Source: Pyrodictiaceae archaeon (GTDB lineage Archaea > Thermoproteota > Thermoprotei_A > Sulfolobales > Pyrodictiaceae). Taken from it: DNA of 64,000 nucleotides. A program made the translations under genes and the position numbers. Positions 1 through 9,442 of this stretch are shown here, piece by piece; the stretch's first letter is position 1, and the number at the start of each line of letters is the position of its first letter. Below the pieces are notes generated by a model. That model searched no databases. It worked only from the letters and a program-made list of their open reading frames with translations, and was not told where the DNA came from. Where the stretch lies: assembly GCA_027036135.1 (NCBI GenBank), contig JALVSY010000030.1:32001-96000 (forward strand), written 5' to 3'.

Positions 1-8
1 AGGACATA

Positions 9-953
9 GTGTTTAGGCTGGAAGGGTTCGCGCGGAGCCTTGGAGCCGAGCTACTGGATGACAGGGTAACCAGGATTGATAAAGACAAAGTGGTTCTCGA
101 AGAGAACGGTGACCTCGGCTATGACTTCTTAGTAGTAGCTACTGGTGCTAGGCCCGCGTTCTACGGCGTACCCGGCGCCGATACCTATACCGTGCCACTA
201 TACACACCGAGTGAGGCCCAGAGCCTATACGAGAAGCTCGTGAGGAGCGAAGCTAGTAGTGTCGCGATAGTTGGTGCAGGCTTTGTCGGCGTAGAGCTTG
301 GTGCTGAACTCCTCTGGCTAAACAAGGAAAAAGAACTCGGTGTAGACGTCGCGGTCATCGATATGCTTTCCGAGCCTCTCCAGTTACTCGGAAACCCTGC
401 CGCCTCTAGGCTTGCCCGGAGAATCCTGGGCGAGATGGGTGCAATTCTTCTCATGAACCATCGCGTCGCGCGGGTTGAGCCGGGGAGACTCGTGTTCAGC
501 AACGGGGACAGCGTAGAGGCGGACATAATTGTGTGGAGCGCTGGGCTCCAGGGACCCGGCATAGAGGCCCCAAGGGAAGCCATCGGGAAGGGAGGCTTCC
601 TAGAGGTAGACGAGTATCTACGGGTAAAGGGTCTTGGCGGGAAAGTCTACGCAGTAGGTGACTCGGCAATCATGCGGAGAAATAACTGTGTGGCGCTGAA
701 GATGGCGCGCGAGGCAATAAGCTCTGCGAGAACCGCGGTAGCGAACATCGCGGCCAGTATCAGTGGCGGCGAGCTGCGTCACTATAAACCGATGATAACC
801 AACTGCTTCCCATTGGCCGGGATAAGCCTCGGCCCCGGAGACGGCATACTAGTCATAGGCAAGAGCATCGCGCTGAGGAGCAACCTAGCAGAGCTATATC
901 ATAAAACAGTGCTAAAGTATTACGAGAAGCTGTTAGAGAGACAAGAGAAATAG
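9..953 (+). CDS. NAD(P)/FAD-dependent oxidoreductase (NDH-2/SQR-like), 5' end probably outside the window
   Basis: YDFLVVATGA, second Rossmann motif IVGAGFVGVE, VYAVGD; first GxGxxG motif is missing, consistent with truncation. Confidence 0.8.
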   Translation: MFRLEGFARSLGAELLDDRVTRIDKDKVVLEENGDLGYDFLVVATGARPAFYGVPGADTYTVPLYTPSEAQSLYEKLVRSEASSVAIVGAGFVGVELGAELLWLNKEKELGVDVAVIDMLSEPLQLLGNPAASRLARRILGEMGAILLMNHRVARVEPGRLVFSNGDSVEADIIVWSAGLQGPGIEAPREAIGKGGFLEVDEYLRVKGLGGKVYAVGDSAIMRRNNCVALKMAREAISSARTAVANIAASISGGELRHYKPMITNCFPLAGISLGPGDGILVIGKSIALRSNLAELYHKTVLKYYEKLLERQEK

Positions 954-972
954 AATAGGGGAGGGATAACCC

Positions 973-1212
973 TTGGATAACATAGATGATGATGCTGCTG
1001 CCGAGGCAATAAAGGTTCTTAAAGAGAAGCTTAGCAACGCAAATATAAACCCAGTGTTCATAACTATTACGAATGTGTACAGAAAAGGAAACGTATGGAT
1101 TATCGAGTTTACCTATATGTTTCGCACATATGTAGCAGAACTAGATGCAAGCGGAAAATTATTATCGCTAAGAAGCAAGACTATTCTCCAACCCACAGTA
1201 CTCGCCACGTAA
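973..1212 (+). CDS. small hypothetical protein
   Basis: 79-aa ORF after a purine-rich GGGAGGG; helix followed by beta strands; AT-richer than neighbours. Confidence 0.55.
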   Translation: MDNIDDDAAAEAIKVLKEKLSNANINPVFITITNVYRKGNVWIIEFTYMFRTYVAELDASGKLLSLRSKTILQPTVLAT

Positions 1213-1217
1213 ACTAG

Positions 1218-1667
1218 ATGGAAGGACACAAGAGATGATAGACTAGAGCAAAACGAGAGTATAAGAAGAAAATACGAGCAATACCATAGGCTCCTCCGAC
1301 ATGGAGAGCTAGAGAAAGCGGGAGAAGACCTATGGTCTATAACAGTCATTATGCTAGACACGATAAGCATGCTGGTGCAAGGAAGGCCCTTGAGAAGGCA
1401 TCGTGAGCTAAAAACATTTGTAAAGACCGGGGTCGCTCAACTCTACAATAGCCTAACTGGCGGTGACCCAGTCGTACTGGTTAAGCCTTTTGAAAACGCT
1501 GAAAGGCTTCACGCGAATTTTACCACGAGTTCCTAGACACGGAAGAACTGCTCAACTACATCGGGGCAGCCGAGCTCTTGGCCCAAATCCTTAATGAATT
1601 ACTGGAGATGATTATAAAGAAAATCCAAGACTCGGAGTATAAGGAGAGACTGTATTATCCTGTGTAG
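1218..1667 (+). pseudogene. PaREP1/HEPN-like gene broken by frameshifts
   Basis: GELEKAGEDLW and AERLHANF in one frame; adding one T in the T-run at 1518-1521 gives LHANFYHEFLD and an open frame to TAG at 1665-1667; ATG at 1218 is one base out of frame. Confidence 0.6.
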
Positions 1668-2620
1668 CGATAGACTGTTATGCCTTCACGGGTTACGTGG
1701 ATTGCTCCTGCGCCTAGGCCGTGGTATAGGCTTGTGAAGACCGTTATGACGCTATGTCTTAGCTCTTCTAGGCTCCTCTTCTCTCCATGTCTTAGCCCTG
1801 GCTCGTAGCTGCCATTGGGTCTCCAGAGGGCTACGGCGTCCACGGTCTCGTGGGCCCTTATGATTAGCTCTAGGCTATTCGCCTCGAGGAATCTTCGCCA
1901 AGCTTCTCTTCCATAGAAGTATATCCCGGGGCCTCTTATGCTGGGCGCGAACCACTCTAGGTCTCCGCGTGGATCATTCCATAGAAGCTGCATAGGTACC
2001 CCAGCAGGGTCTATTGCGTCCCGTGTACAGTGTATCTCTTTGACTTGCTTAGCTATCTCCTCTAGGCTTAGGGGCTCCTCGGGCTCGTTAGTGCATTCCC
2101 TGCACGGGACTCCCCCATGGACTAGCCATACCTGGTTATTGAGAACCATGTAGAATGGTAGGCATGTGTACAGCTCCTCTATGTAGTCCTGGGCCTCTGG
2201 GCCGAGCTTGTTAACTAGTTCCTCTCGGAAGCCATAGTAGTAATTCATCACAGGGGACTCGTGGTTACCCCTAAGCAGCACCACGTGCTCGGGCTCAGAG
2301 ACTAGGCGTTCTAGGAGAAGCTCAAGGTTCTCAACGCCGCGGGGTCCACGGTCAACATAGTCTCCGAGGAATACCACTAGGTCTACACCTAGCTCGTCGG
2401 CTAGGCTGAGAACCCACCTACTAGTCTCGGGGAAGCCGTGTGTATCCCCCGCGACTAGTACCGAGTCAGCGCCTCTCTCTAAGTAGGCGCCGTGCTGCGT
2501 GCGCAGTATGCTGAGCGCCTGCTCTACAAGCTCCTGTAGCCCACGGACCATAGCGATGCGCCTCCCCGTAGTACGAGTGATTAGTGGCAATAACAAGTGC
2601 TTATCCACATGCCCGAGCAA
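1655..2620 (-). CDS. PPP-family Ser/Thr protein phosphatase (metallophosphoesterase)
   Basis: GDTHG, GDYVDRG, LRGNHE, HGG, LLWNDP, IIRAHE motifs; true start probably the ATG of MVRGL. Confidence 0.9.
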   Translation of the reverse strand: MLGHVDKHLLLPLITRTTGRRIAMVRGLQELVEQALSILRTQHGAYLERGADSVLVAGDTHGFPETSRWVLSLADELGVDLVVFLGDYVDRGPRGVENLELLLERLVSEPEHVVLLRGNHESPVMNYYYGFREELVNKLGPEAQDYIEELYTCLPFYMVLNNQVWLVHGGVPCRECTNEPEEPLSLEEIAKQVKEIHCTRDAIDPAGVPMQLLWNDPRGDLEWFAPSIRGPGIYFYGREAWRRFLEANSLELIIRAHETVDAVALWRPNGSYEPGLRHGEKRSLEELRHSVITVFTSLYHGLGAGAIHVTREGITVYRYTG

Positions 2621-2741
2621 GGGGACTACGCAACTCCACCCCTGAGCTGCATTGCCACCTTTGTATAGGAGTGAGTAGAATTAGGGGGTATTCCTAGCAT
2701 AGATATGTAGCCGGGGCGCGTAGCTCTAGAGGGGATTAGCT

Positions 2742-3779
2742 GTGAAGCCGAGGAGCCTTGTCAGGACGCCGGTAGGCGTTATTGCTGACTGGGATGCTGA
2801 TGGCGTAACGTCTGCTGCAATGATATATTATGCTCAGCACTATAAGCGTGTCTACCCGCTTCGTGGCCGCTACGACGTGGCCTTGGAGCCTGCTGGCCCC
2901 AGGGGGTTCCCTGACGCGCTTGACCACATTGTTGGCGGTGGTGGGTGCCCGGACGCGCTCGTGGTACTCGATATACCACTGACTAGTAGCGTCTACGATG
3001 TTCTTAGCAGCTTTCTCCGCGAGTGCAAGGAGACACGCCTAGTCTATATCGATCACCACTTCTCAACCATATATATGTCCAAGAAGCTTTACGAGCTAAG
3101 CGAGGAGGTCTACCTAGGCCATAAGCCAACCGCTATGCTCACCTTTAACTTGTTACGAAGCCTAGGAGTACGCCACATGACACCGAGGCTAGAGGCCTTC
3201 ATGAAGGCTGTCGGTGTCTTGGAGAGAGGGGCGAGGCCTCTAACAGAGGCCGAGAGGAGAGTAGTCAAACTCGCCGCGAGCATCTCAAAGGCATGCACTG
3301 TTCTCCGGGACAAAGAGATGTGGCAGAAACTAGTAAAGTGGCTGGCAAGTCCCTTACCACAAGATATGCCGTTTGACCGCAAACTCGTGGAAAAGGTCGT
3401 AAGGATAGCGGAGGAGAGCGATAGAGAGATAATGGAGAAGGCCAAGGAGCTAGCAATAACAGCTCGGAGAATAGGATACATACGATTCATAGATGCCCGT
3501 GGGAAATGGACTAGTAGGGGCTCAAGCGCGCTAGCCTCCAAGCTCTACAAGGTACTAAAGCAGCCAGTAGCACTACTAATAGAGAGGGACGACGGGGTAA
3601 AACTCCTAATTATAAGGAGTAGGGGAAGGGGGGCCTACCGGGTAGCAACCGGGCTAGTAAAGGAGGGAATAGCCCTGGATATAGGTGGTCATAGCGGCCT
3701 TGCGATAGTCAGGCTCCGGGATGACCTAGACCTCTCCGAGCTAGAGAACGCGCTAAGAAGGCTTAGCCTCCACCTATAG
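2742..3779 (+). CDS. DHH-family phosphoesterase
   Basis: DWDADG, VLD, IDHH, C-terminal GGH. Confidence 0.85.
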   Translation: MKPRSLVRTPVGVIADWDADGVTSAAMIYYAQHYKRVYPLRGRYDVALEPAGPRGFPDALDHIVGGGGCPDALVVLDIPLTSSVYDVLSSFLRECKETRLVYIDHHFSTIYMSKKLYELSEEVYLGHKPTAMLTFNLLRSLGVRHMTPRLEAFMKAVGVLERGARPLTEAERRVVKLAASISKACTVLRDKEMWQKLVKWLASPLPQDMPFDRKLVEKVVRIAEESDREIMEKAKELAITARRIGYIRFIDARGKWTSRGSSALASKLYKVLKQPVALLIERDDGVKLLIIRSRGRGAYRVATGLVKEGIALDIGGHSGLAIVRLRDDLDLSELENALRRLSLHL

Positions 3780-3810
3780 CTAGGGTTAGGGAAGGACATT
3801 ATTTCTGGCC

Positions 3811-3886
3811 GTGTGGAGTATTGATGCACCTCCGCTGAGCAATGGATATGATGAGCGGGCACCTAGCCGAAGCTCCTGCTCCACAT
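3811..3886 (+). ncRNA. candidate K-turn sRNA (H/ACA-like or C/D-like)
   Basis: terminal stem GTGTGGAGTA/TGCTCCACAT, inner CCGC-TGA...ATGATGA-GCGG K-loop, ACA near 3' end, pyrimidine run downstream. Confidence 0.55.
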
Positions 3887-4076
3887 CTTTGTCTTTCAAT
3901 ACCTTACATTACCTCTATACCACTATGTAGCCTTAAGGAGAGTTAATAAATGAGGAAAGCACTATAATACTCAACCCCTAGACTATTAGGGCCTGGCACC
4001 TCTTCCCGGAACCCTTGAATCTACTCTATTACTCCTCGCCGTCTAGAATATCTATGATAAGATAGAGGAGTAGCCT

Positions 4077-4787
4077 ATGAGCCTCGAGGAGCCCATGAGC
4101 CGGGACATGCTACGATTATTTAAAGCCGTTGTGACAGGGCTACGTGACATAGCAAAACTGTGCGCCAGCAATCATGGGCTCCATTGTATCGATGCACCAG
4201 CATTTACCACAACGTTTCTCCGGAGCCGGGGCTTCAACGAATACATTATTCGTAGGATATGGCGAGCTGCACATGATCGTAGCGTTACTAAGGGTCAAGT
4301 AATATATAGATATGGGGGAATAGTGTTTCGTCTTAAGCCTCGGCTAGAGCATGGAACGGCGTACCACGATGCTAAAACGATGACGCCTCTCGATAGATTC
4401 GATTGCAGTATACTTGGTGACGAATGCTACGAGGTTCCGCACTGCAACTCCTTCTACATATACGTTGAGGGGGAACTAGGACACGCGTCCGTGCGTATGA
4501 ATGTGTCTTATCTCGTTGGGCTCTTGGCGAGGACGCGTTCAGGGTTTCTTAGCAAGTTCTTGGAGTTCGCTAACCGTGTTATAGAGAGGCCGCGCGACGA
4601 GTTCGAGGCAATAGCTATTCTAATGGATGATATACTATCCGTCCTAAAGGAGGAAAATAGGCTACTAGGCTTTATCCTGCCATTTGTTCCACATAGCCTC
4701 GATGAATTGCTTCGCGTGTCTCCTCTCGCTAAGAAATTGTACATCGAGCTTGTACAAAGGGGGATAAAAGCGCTCCAAGAGAGCTAG
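4077..4787 (+). CDS. hypothetical protein
   Basis: 236-aa ORF with GAGGAG RBS; no motif recognised. Confidence 0.75.
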   Translation: MSLEEPMSRDMLRLFKAVVTGLRDIAKLCASNHGLHCIDAPAFTTTFLRSRGFNEYIIRRIWRAAHDRSVTKGQVIYRYGGIVFRLKPRLEHGTAYHDAKTMTPLDRFDCSILGDECYEVPHCNSFYIYVEGELGHASVRMNVSYLVGLLARTRSGFLSKFLEFANRVIERPRDEFEAIAILMDDILSVLKEENRLLGFILPFVPHSLDELLRVSPLAKKLYIELVQRGIKALQES

Positions 4788-4906
4788 CCCAGAGAATATT
4801 TGGGAGCGTAATGATAATCTTCCTGTCACATGCCTAGCGTATATAGAGTGTTCTCCGAGTTAGCCTAATCCCGGTAAACACTCCTATACTGTTAAATGGG
4901 TATGCG

Positions 4907-6349
4907 GTGACCATGCGTGTCCTGCTTAGCCTCCCGCCCGGTATCCACCGGCTAGAGATATACAAGATAACTGGGATGAAGGCGCCTCCGCTCGGCCTAG
5001 CTTATATAGCTGCTGTGCTGGAGCGCAACGGGCACAAAGTAAGGATCATCGATACGCCGACGCTCGAGATGGGGAGAGATACATGGCTCAGTGAGGTTAA
5101 GTCCTGGAAGCCTGATCTAGTCGGGTTATCACTACTGACACCGACTGCGCCAAAGGGATACGAGGCCATCAAACTACTAAAGGAAGAGCTGCTCGACGTA
5201 CCAGTTATTGTTGGCGGTATCCACTCAACATTTATGTTTAACGAGGCCCTCGACCATGGTGCTGATATAGTGGTTAGGGGTGAGGGAGAATACACTACAG
5301 CAGAGCTAGCAGACATCATTGAGCGTTATGGGCTCGATGAGGAGAAGCTCAGAGAAGTAAGGGGGATAGCGTTCCGCTCAAAGAAGAACGGGAGAACAAT
5401 ACTTACCCCTGAGAGGCCGCCGCCCGACCTCGATGAGCTGCCGTGGCCTGCTCGCCACCTCTTACCGATGGAGAAGTACACGTTGTTCAATAAACCGATA
5501 AGGATTATACATATCATGGCTAGTCGTGGCTGCCCCTATGGCTGCATGTACTGCTCAACTAGCTACTTCTTCGGGAGGCGAATAAGGATTCGGAAAGCGC
5601 TCAACGTGGCCGATGAGATAGAGGAGGCTGTCTACAAGTATCGTGCAAAGCACGTCGTATTCGCGGACGACGATATAGGCGTTGGTAGGAGGTTCATGCA
5701 AGAGCTAATAACTGAGCTCAAGAAACGTGGCCTGGACCTAACGTTTGCCTGTGGCTCCCGAGTAGACCACATGACCAAGGAGTATATGAAGTTCCTCTAC
5801 GAGAATGGTTGCAGCGCTCTCTACTTTGGCGTTGAGTCGGCTAACCAGGAGACGCTTAACAAGATAGGCAAAAAGATAACCGTTGAGCAAGTTGAGAGAG
5901 TATTCCGCTGGAAGAAAGAGATAGGAGGATTCGCTACCGCCTCATTCATACTAGGGTTCCCATGGGAGACCATAGATGATATGAAGAAGACAGTGGAGTT
6001 CGCGATAAAGATTGACCCAGACTATGCACAGTTCACCGCACTGACCCCGTATCCCGGTACGCCTCTCTACCAATACGCGAAGAAATACGGGCTCATAGAG
6101 GATACTAACTGGGAGCACTACACTACAGTCCGGGCTGTTATGCGTGGATTCCACTTTACTAGGAAGCAGCTTCAGAGCATGATCAAGTACGCTTATCGTC
6201 GCTTCTACTTGAGGTCTGGATTTATTTGGCGCGAGCTACGAGCCGGGAGGCTCAAGGACCTAATAGGTGTTCTTTCCCGCGAGGCCCTCTCCATGATTAA
6301 GGAGTTTATTGTACACCCCTTACAGTGGAAAGGAGGTGGAAGGAAATGA
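4907..6349 (+). CDS. B12-binding radical SAM protein (class B methyltransferase-like)
   Basis: PPLGLAYIAA, GGIH, GEGE, SRGCPYGCMYC, GVES, TPYPGT. Confidence 0.9.
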   Translation: MTMRVLLSLPPGIHRLEIYKITGMKAPPLGLAYIAAVLERNGHKVRIIDTPTLEMGRDTWLSEVKSWKPDLVGLSLLTPTAPKGYEAIKLLKEELLDVPVIVGGIHSTFMFNEALDHGADIVVRGEGEYTTAELADIIERYGLDEEKLREVRGIAFRSKKNGRTILTPERPPPDLDELPWPARHLLPMEKYTLFNKPIRIIHIMASRGCPYGCMYCSTSYFFGRRIRIRKALNVADEIEEAVYKYRAKHVVFADDDIGVGRRFMQELITELKKRGLDLTFACGSRVDHMTKEYMKFLYENGCSALYFGVESANQETLNKIGKKITVEQVERVFRWKKEIGGFATASFILGFPWETIDDMKKTVEFAIKIDPDYAQFTALTPYPGTPLYQYAKKYGLIEDTNWEHYTTVRAVMRGFHFTRKQLQSMIKYAYRRFYLRSGFIWRELRAGRLKDLIGVLSREALSMIKEFIVHPLQWKGGGRK

Positions 6350-7887
6350 GTAGTCTAGGAGAAGTAGCCTCAGACGAGATAGAGAAGCTACACAAGGAGG
6401 CTAAGCGAGGAGGCATCGGCGCCTACCTCGCCGCCATTAGGATAATGTTCAACAACCCGGTAACTAGGTCCATGCTTAGACTAGCCATCAAGAGGATTAG
6501 GTGTGTCCACCCAGACCGTGGAGAAGTGGACGCTACACTGCTCTATCACGCTCTTACCCAGTTCGCGGGCCAAGAACTATACTCGTGCCCGATAACTGCG
6601 CGCTTCCTCTCCGCAGTGATAAACAAAATAGTTGAGATAGGTATCAGAGCGCTCCACGGAGACCTTGACGAGGCTCGCAAGGCTCTCTCAGACCCAGCTC
6701 TACGCCGCGGCGTCTCCCTAGTCTTCGAGGGCCTAGCACGCTACGGCGTGACTGTTCCACAGAAGATGCCAGCACCCTTCCTCATAGTGTGGAACTTCAC
6801 TAATATGTGTAATCTGCGCTGCAAACACTGTTACCAGAGAGCTGACCACCCATTACCAGACGAGCTGACCCTTGAGGAGAAGCTGAAGCTTGTAGACGAG
6901 CTCGATAAAGCCGGGGTAGCTGCTGTCGCGCTTAGCGGCGGGGAACCAACTATTCATCCCCACTTCTACCACATAGTGCACGAGATGGCTAAGAGAGGGA
7001 TATATGCGGCTGTGGCTACTAATGGATGGATGTTCGCCGACATAGAGAAGCTCGAGAAAGCCGTCAAGCTAGGCCTACGATATGTCGAGGTCTCGGTTGA
7101 TAGCGCTAACCCGAAGAAGCATGACTGGTTCCGCGGCGTGCCAGGCGCGTGGCAGCGAGCAGTAAAGGCTCTCGAGAACGCTGTTAAGCTTGGCGTTAGC
7201 CATGCTATGGCCGTGACTGTTACAAAGGCTAACATAGATGAGGTAGATGATATACTTGACCTCGCGGAGAGCATCGGTGTTGAGAGGGTTGTGTTCTTCA
7301 ACTTCGTCCCAGTTGGGCGCGGCAAGGAGAACATGTGGCTAGACCTAGACCCCTTAGAGAGGGAAGAGTTCCTACGCCACATCTACAAGGAGATGAACAA
7401 GAGGAAGATACAGATAGTCAGTACCGCGCCCCAGTACGGCAGGGTATCTTTACAACTAAGCGGCGGCGAAGACATAGCGCCAACACACTTCTACGTAGGC
7501 GATGACCCCATAGTAAAGGCTGTAGCAGAGTTCGTAGGCGGCTGTGGAGCCGGAAGAATATATGCAGCAATACAGCCGAACGGTGATGTTACTCCATGCG
7601 TCTTCCTACCAATCAAGGTAGGGAACGTCAGGGAGAAAAGCTTTAGAGAGATATGGGAGACCGCCCCTCTCTTCAAGAAGCTACGAGACCGCGAACAACT
7701 AAAGGGCTTCTGCGGCAAGTGCCCATTCAAGTACATATGCGGAGGATGCCGCGCACGGGCCTATGCCTACTTCGGAGACCCCTTGGCACCGGATCCTGGC
7801 TGCATCTATAACCTAAAGGAGTGGAAGAAGCTACAGGAAGAACTTGGAGTAAAAATCAAGGTAGCTGCTCCAGCAAAGGCGGCATAG
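6325..7887 (+). CDS. radical SAM/SPASM protein with long N-terminal extension
   Basis: CNLRCKHC, SGGEP, GCGAG, TPC, CGKC...CGGCRARA...DPGC; real start likely ATG 6346 overlapping the upstream stop. Confidence 0.9.
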   Translation: MERRWKEMSSLGEVASDEIEKLHKEAKRGGIGAYLAAIRIMFNNPVTRSMLRLAIKRIRCVHPDRGEVDATLLYHALTQFAGQELYSCPITARFLSAVINKIVEIGIRALHGDLDEARKALSDPALRRGVSLVFEGLARYGVTVPQKMPAPFLIVWNFTNMCNLRCKHCYQRADHPLPDELTLEEKLKLVDELDKAGVAAVALSGGEPTIHPHFYHIVHEMAKRGIYAAVATNGWMFADIEKLEKAVKLGLRYVEVSVDSANPKKHDWFRGVPGAWQRAVKALENAVKLGVSHAMAVTVTKANIDEVDDILDLAESIGVERVVFFNFVPVGRGKENMWLDLDPLEREEFLRHIYKEMNKRKIQIVSTAPQYGRVSLQLSGGEDIAPTHFYVGDDPIVKAVAEFVGGCGAGRIYAAIQPNGDVTPCVFLPIKVGNVREKSFREIWETAPLFKKLRDREQLKGFCGKCPFKYICGGCRARAYAYFGDPLAPDPGCIYNLKEWKKLQEELGVKIKVAAPAKAA

Positions 7888-7909
7888 ACTAAAACAATTC
7901 CTCCTCCCT

Positions 7910-8863
7910 CTACTTTTTCTTTTCCTGCAAGAATAATCTTATGCCCTCAATACTATCCATGAAGACGCCCTGGATCTGCTTGCTCCACGAGAGGCTCTCG
8001 TATAGCCGCCTTGCTAACTCATCGACCTCTAGTATCTTCTTTACTAATTCCTCTGAATCAGAACTGAGGTTCTTACTTATTATTTTGACCCACAGCTTTA
8101 CTTGCTCTCCATGCTTCTCCAAGAGGGCTCCGGGCCCCGGGCCTAGATGTGTTGGCGCAACCCACTCCGGGTTATACTTCTTCATTTTCTCAAGGCTCTC
8201 AAGGAAAGGCTCTAGCTTGAAAGGCGGCGGTGTTGTTGGTACGAGACCACCACTCAGGGGGTCATAAATCCCTGCTGAGTCTCCCGTAAATATTATCGTG
8301 TCCATTGGTAGCTCTAATACGATGCTCTGGTGATGGCTGGCGTGGCCCGGTGTATGGATTATCTCTAGCATGGTTTCTCCGAGCTCTACTTGTTCTCCAT
8401 CACTTGTAGGACGGAGACCATCCATCGTGTAGGGTACTGGTTCGCCGAACTCGTGGGCGCGTTCCCCGAGGACTTGCTGTGACGCCGCCCATAGCTTCGT
8501 GGGGTCTCTTAGGTGGCGTTCTCCCCTTGGGTGAACAAATGTCTCAACACTAAAGCCTCTCTGGGCTAGATACTCAGCTAGCCTTGCCGCGCCACCGCCA
8601 TGGTCTAGGTGGATATGGGTAAGCACTATGTAGACCTTGCTGGTGCCGCGGCAGAGTCTTGTCACGGTCTCTGCTACTTGGCTAGCGGCGTTACTCGGGC
8701 CCGAGTCTATTAGGGCGCACGCCTGCCTATCCTTGACCAAGTATGTTTTTATAAAGTCTATGTCAAGCAACCAAGGCGATGCATCAACGATATAGACCTT
8801 TGCTCCTAGCCCGCTTTCAACAAAGACAACTGAGGGTATGACCAAGGCCGGCATAGCACCCAT
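7910..8863 (-). CDS. MBL-fold metallo-hydrolase
   Basis: THIHLDHGGG, TPGHASHH, FTGD, PTH. Confidence 0.9.
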   Translation of the reverse strand: MGAMPALVIPSVVFVESGLGAKVYIVDASPWLLDIDFIKTYLVKDRQACALIDSGPSNAASQVAETVTRLCRGTSKVYIVLTHIHLDHGGGAARLAEYLAQRGFSVETFVHPRGERHLRDPTKLWAASQQVLGERAHEFGEPVPYTMDGLRPTSDGEQVELGETMLEIIHTPGHASHHQSIVLELPMDTIIFTGDSAGIYDPLSGGLVPTTPPPFKLEPFLESLEKMKKYNPEWVAPTHLGPGPGALLEKHGEQVKLWVKIISKNLSSDSEELVKKILEVDELARRLYESLSWSKQIQGVFMDSIEGIRLFLQEKKK

Positions 8864-9092
8864 TACTTCTTTGCAAATTATAGGCTCTTAGCCCTAATAA
8901 GTAGCATTCGAGAACCCGGACACGGCCGACAATGGCGTCATTGCCTAGGAAACACTTAGCACTATGCTATGTGTTGCGAAAGCATCAAGGAGGAGCGATG
9001 ACTTTAGAAGAGTGATGAAAAGAGCGTGCTACTCTATTCCCAAAAATAGTGTTAAGGACTACTAAATGAAAAGTGTTCTGATGCTTTGTTGT

Positions 9093-9344
9093 TTATAGCT
9101 GTGCATCAAGGGTAACTGTTATTGTCTTCGCCAGGTGCTCTGGCTTCGTGTACCACTTGTCATAGGTATACTTCTTGCCCTTGAAGCTTAGCTCTACAAT
9201 CTCTCCCTTATCGCTGATATTCATTACGGTGTCTCCGTCCTTTACTAGCTTGAGCGTCGAGCCTACTAGGAGTGCCTTGAGGCCTTTCTCCTGTAGCTTG
9301 GGCTTTATGAGGTCCCTTACCTTTGAGAGGTACTCGCTGGGCAT
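9093..9344 (-). CDS. small Lys-rich hypothetical protein
   Basis: 83-aa ORF with strong GGAGGAG RBS. Confidence 0.75.
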   Translation of the reverse strand: MPSEYLSKVRDLIKPKLQEKGLKALLVGSTLKLVKDGDTVMNISDKGEIVELSFKGKKYTYDKWYTKPEHLAKTITVTLDAQL

Positions 9345-9442
9345 TCTTCTCCTCCTCCGACGAGGCGGTGGAGGTGTTGCTACTTTATTAAGCCTTGCCC
9401 CCTTATACCCTCTGCGAAGAATTTATTGAGAAGCCGTGGCTG

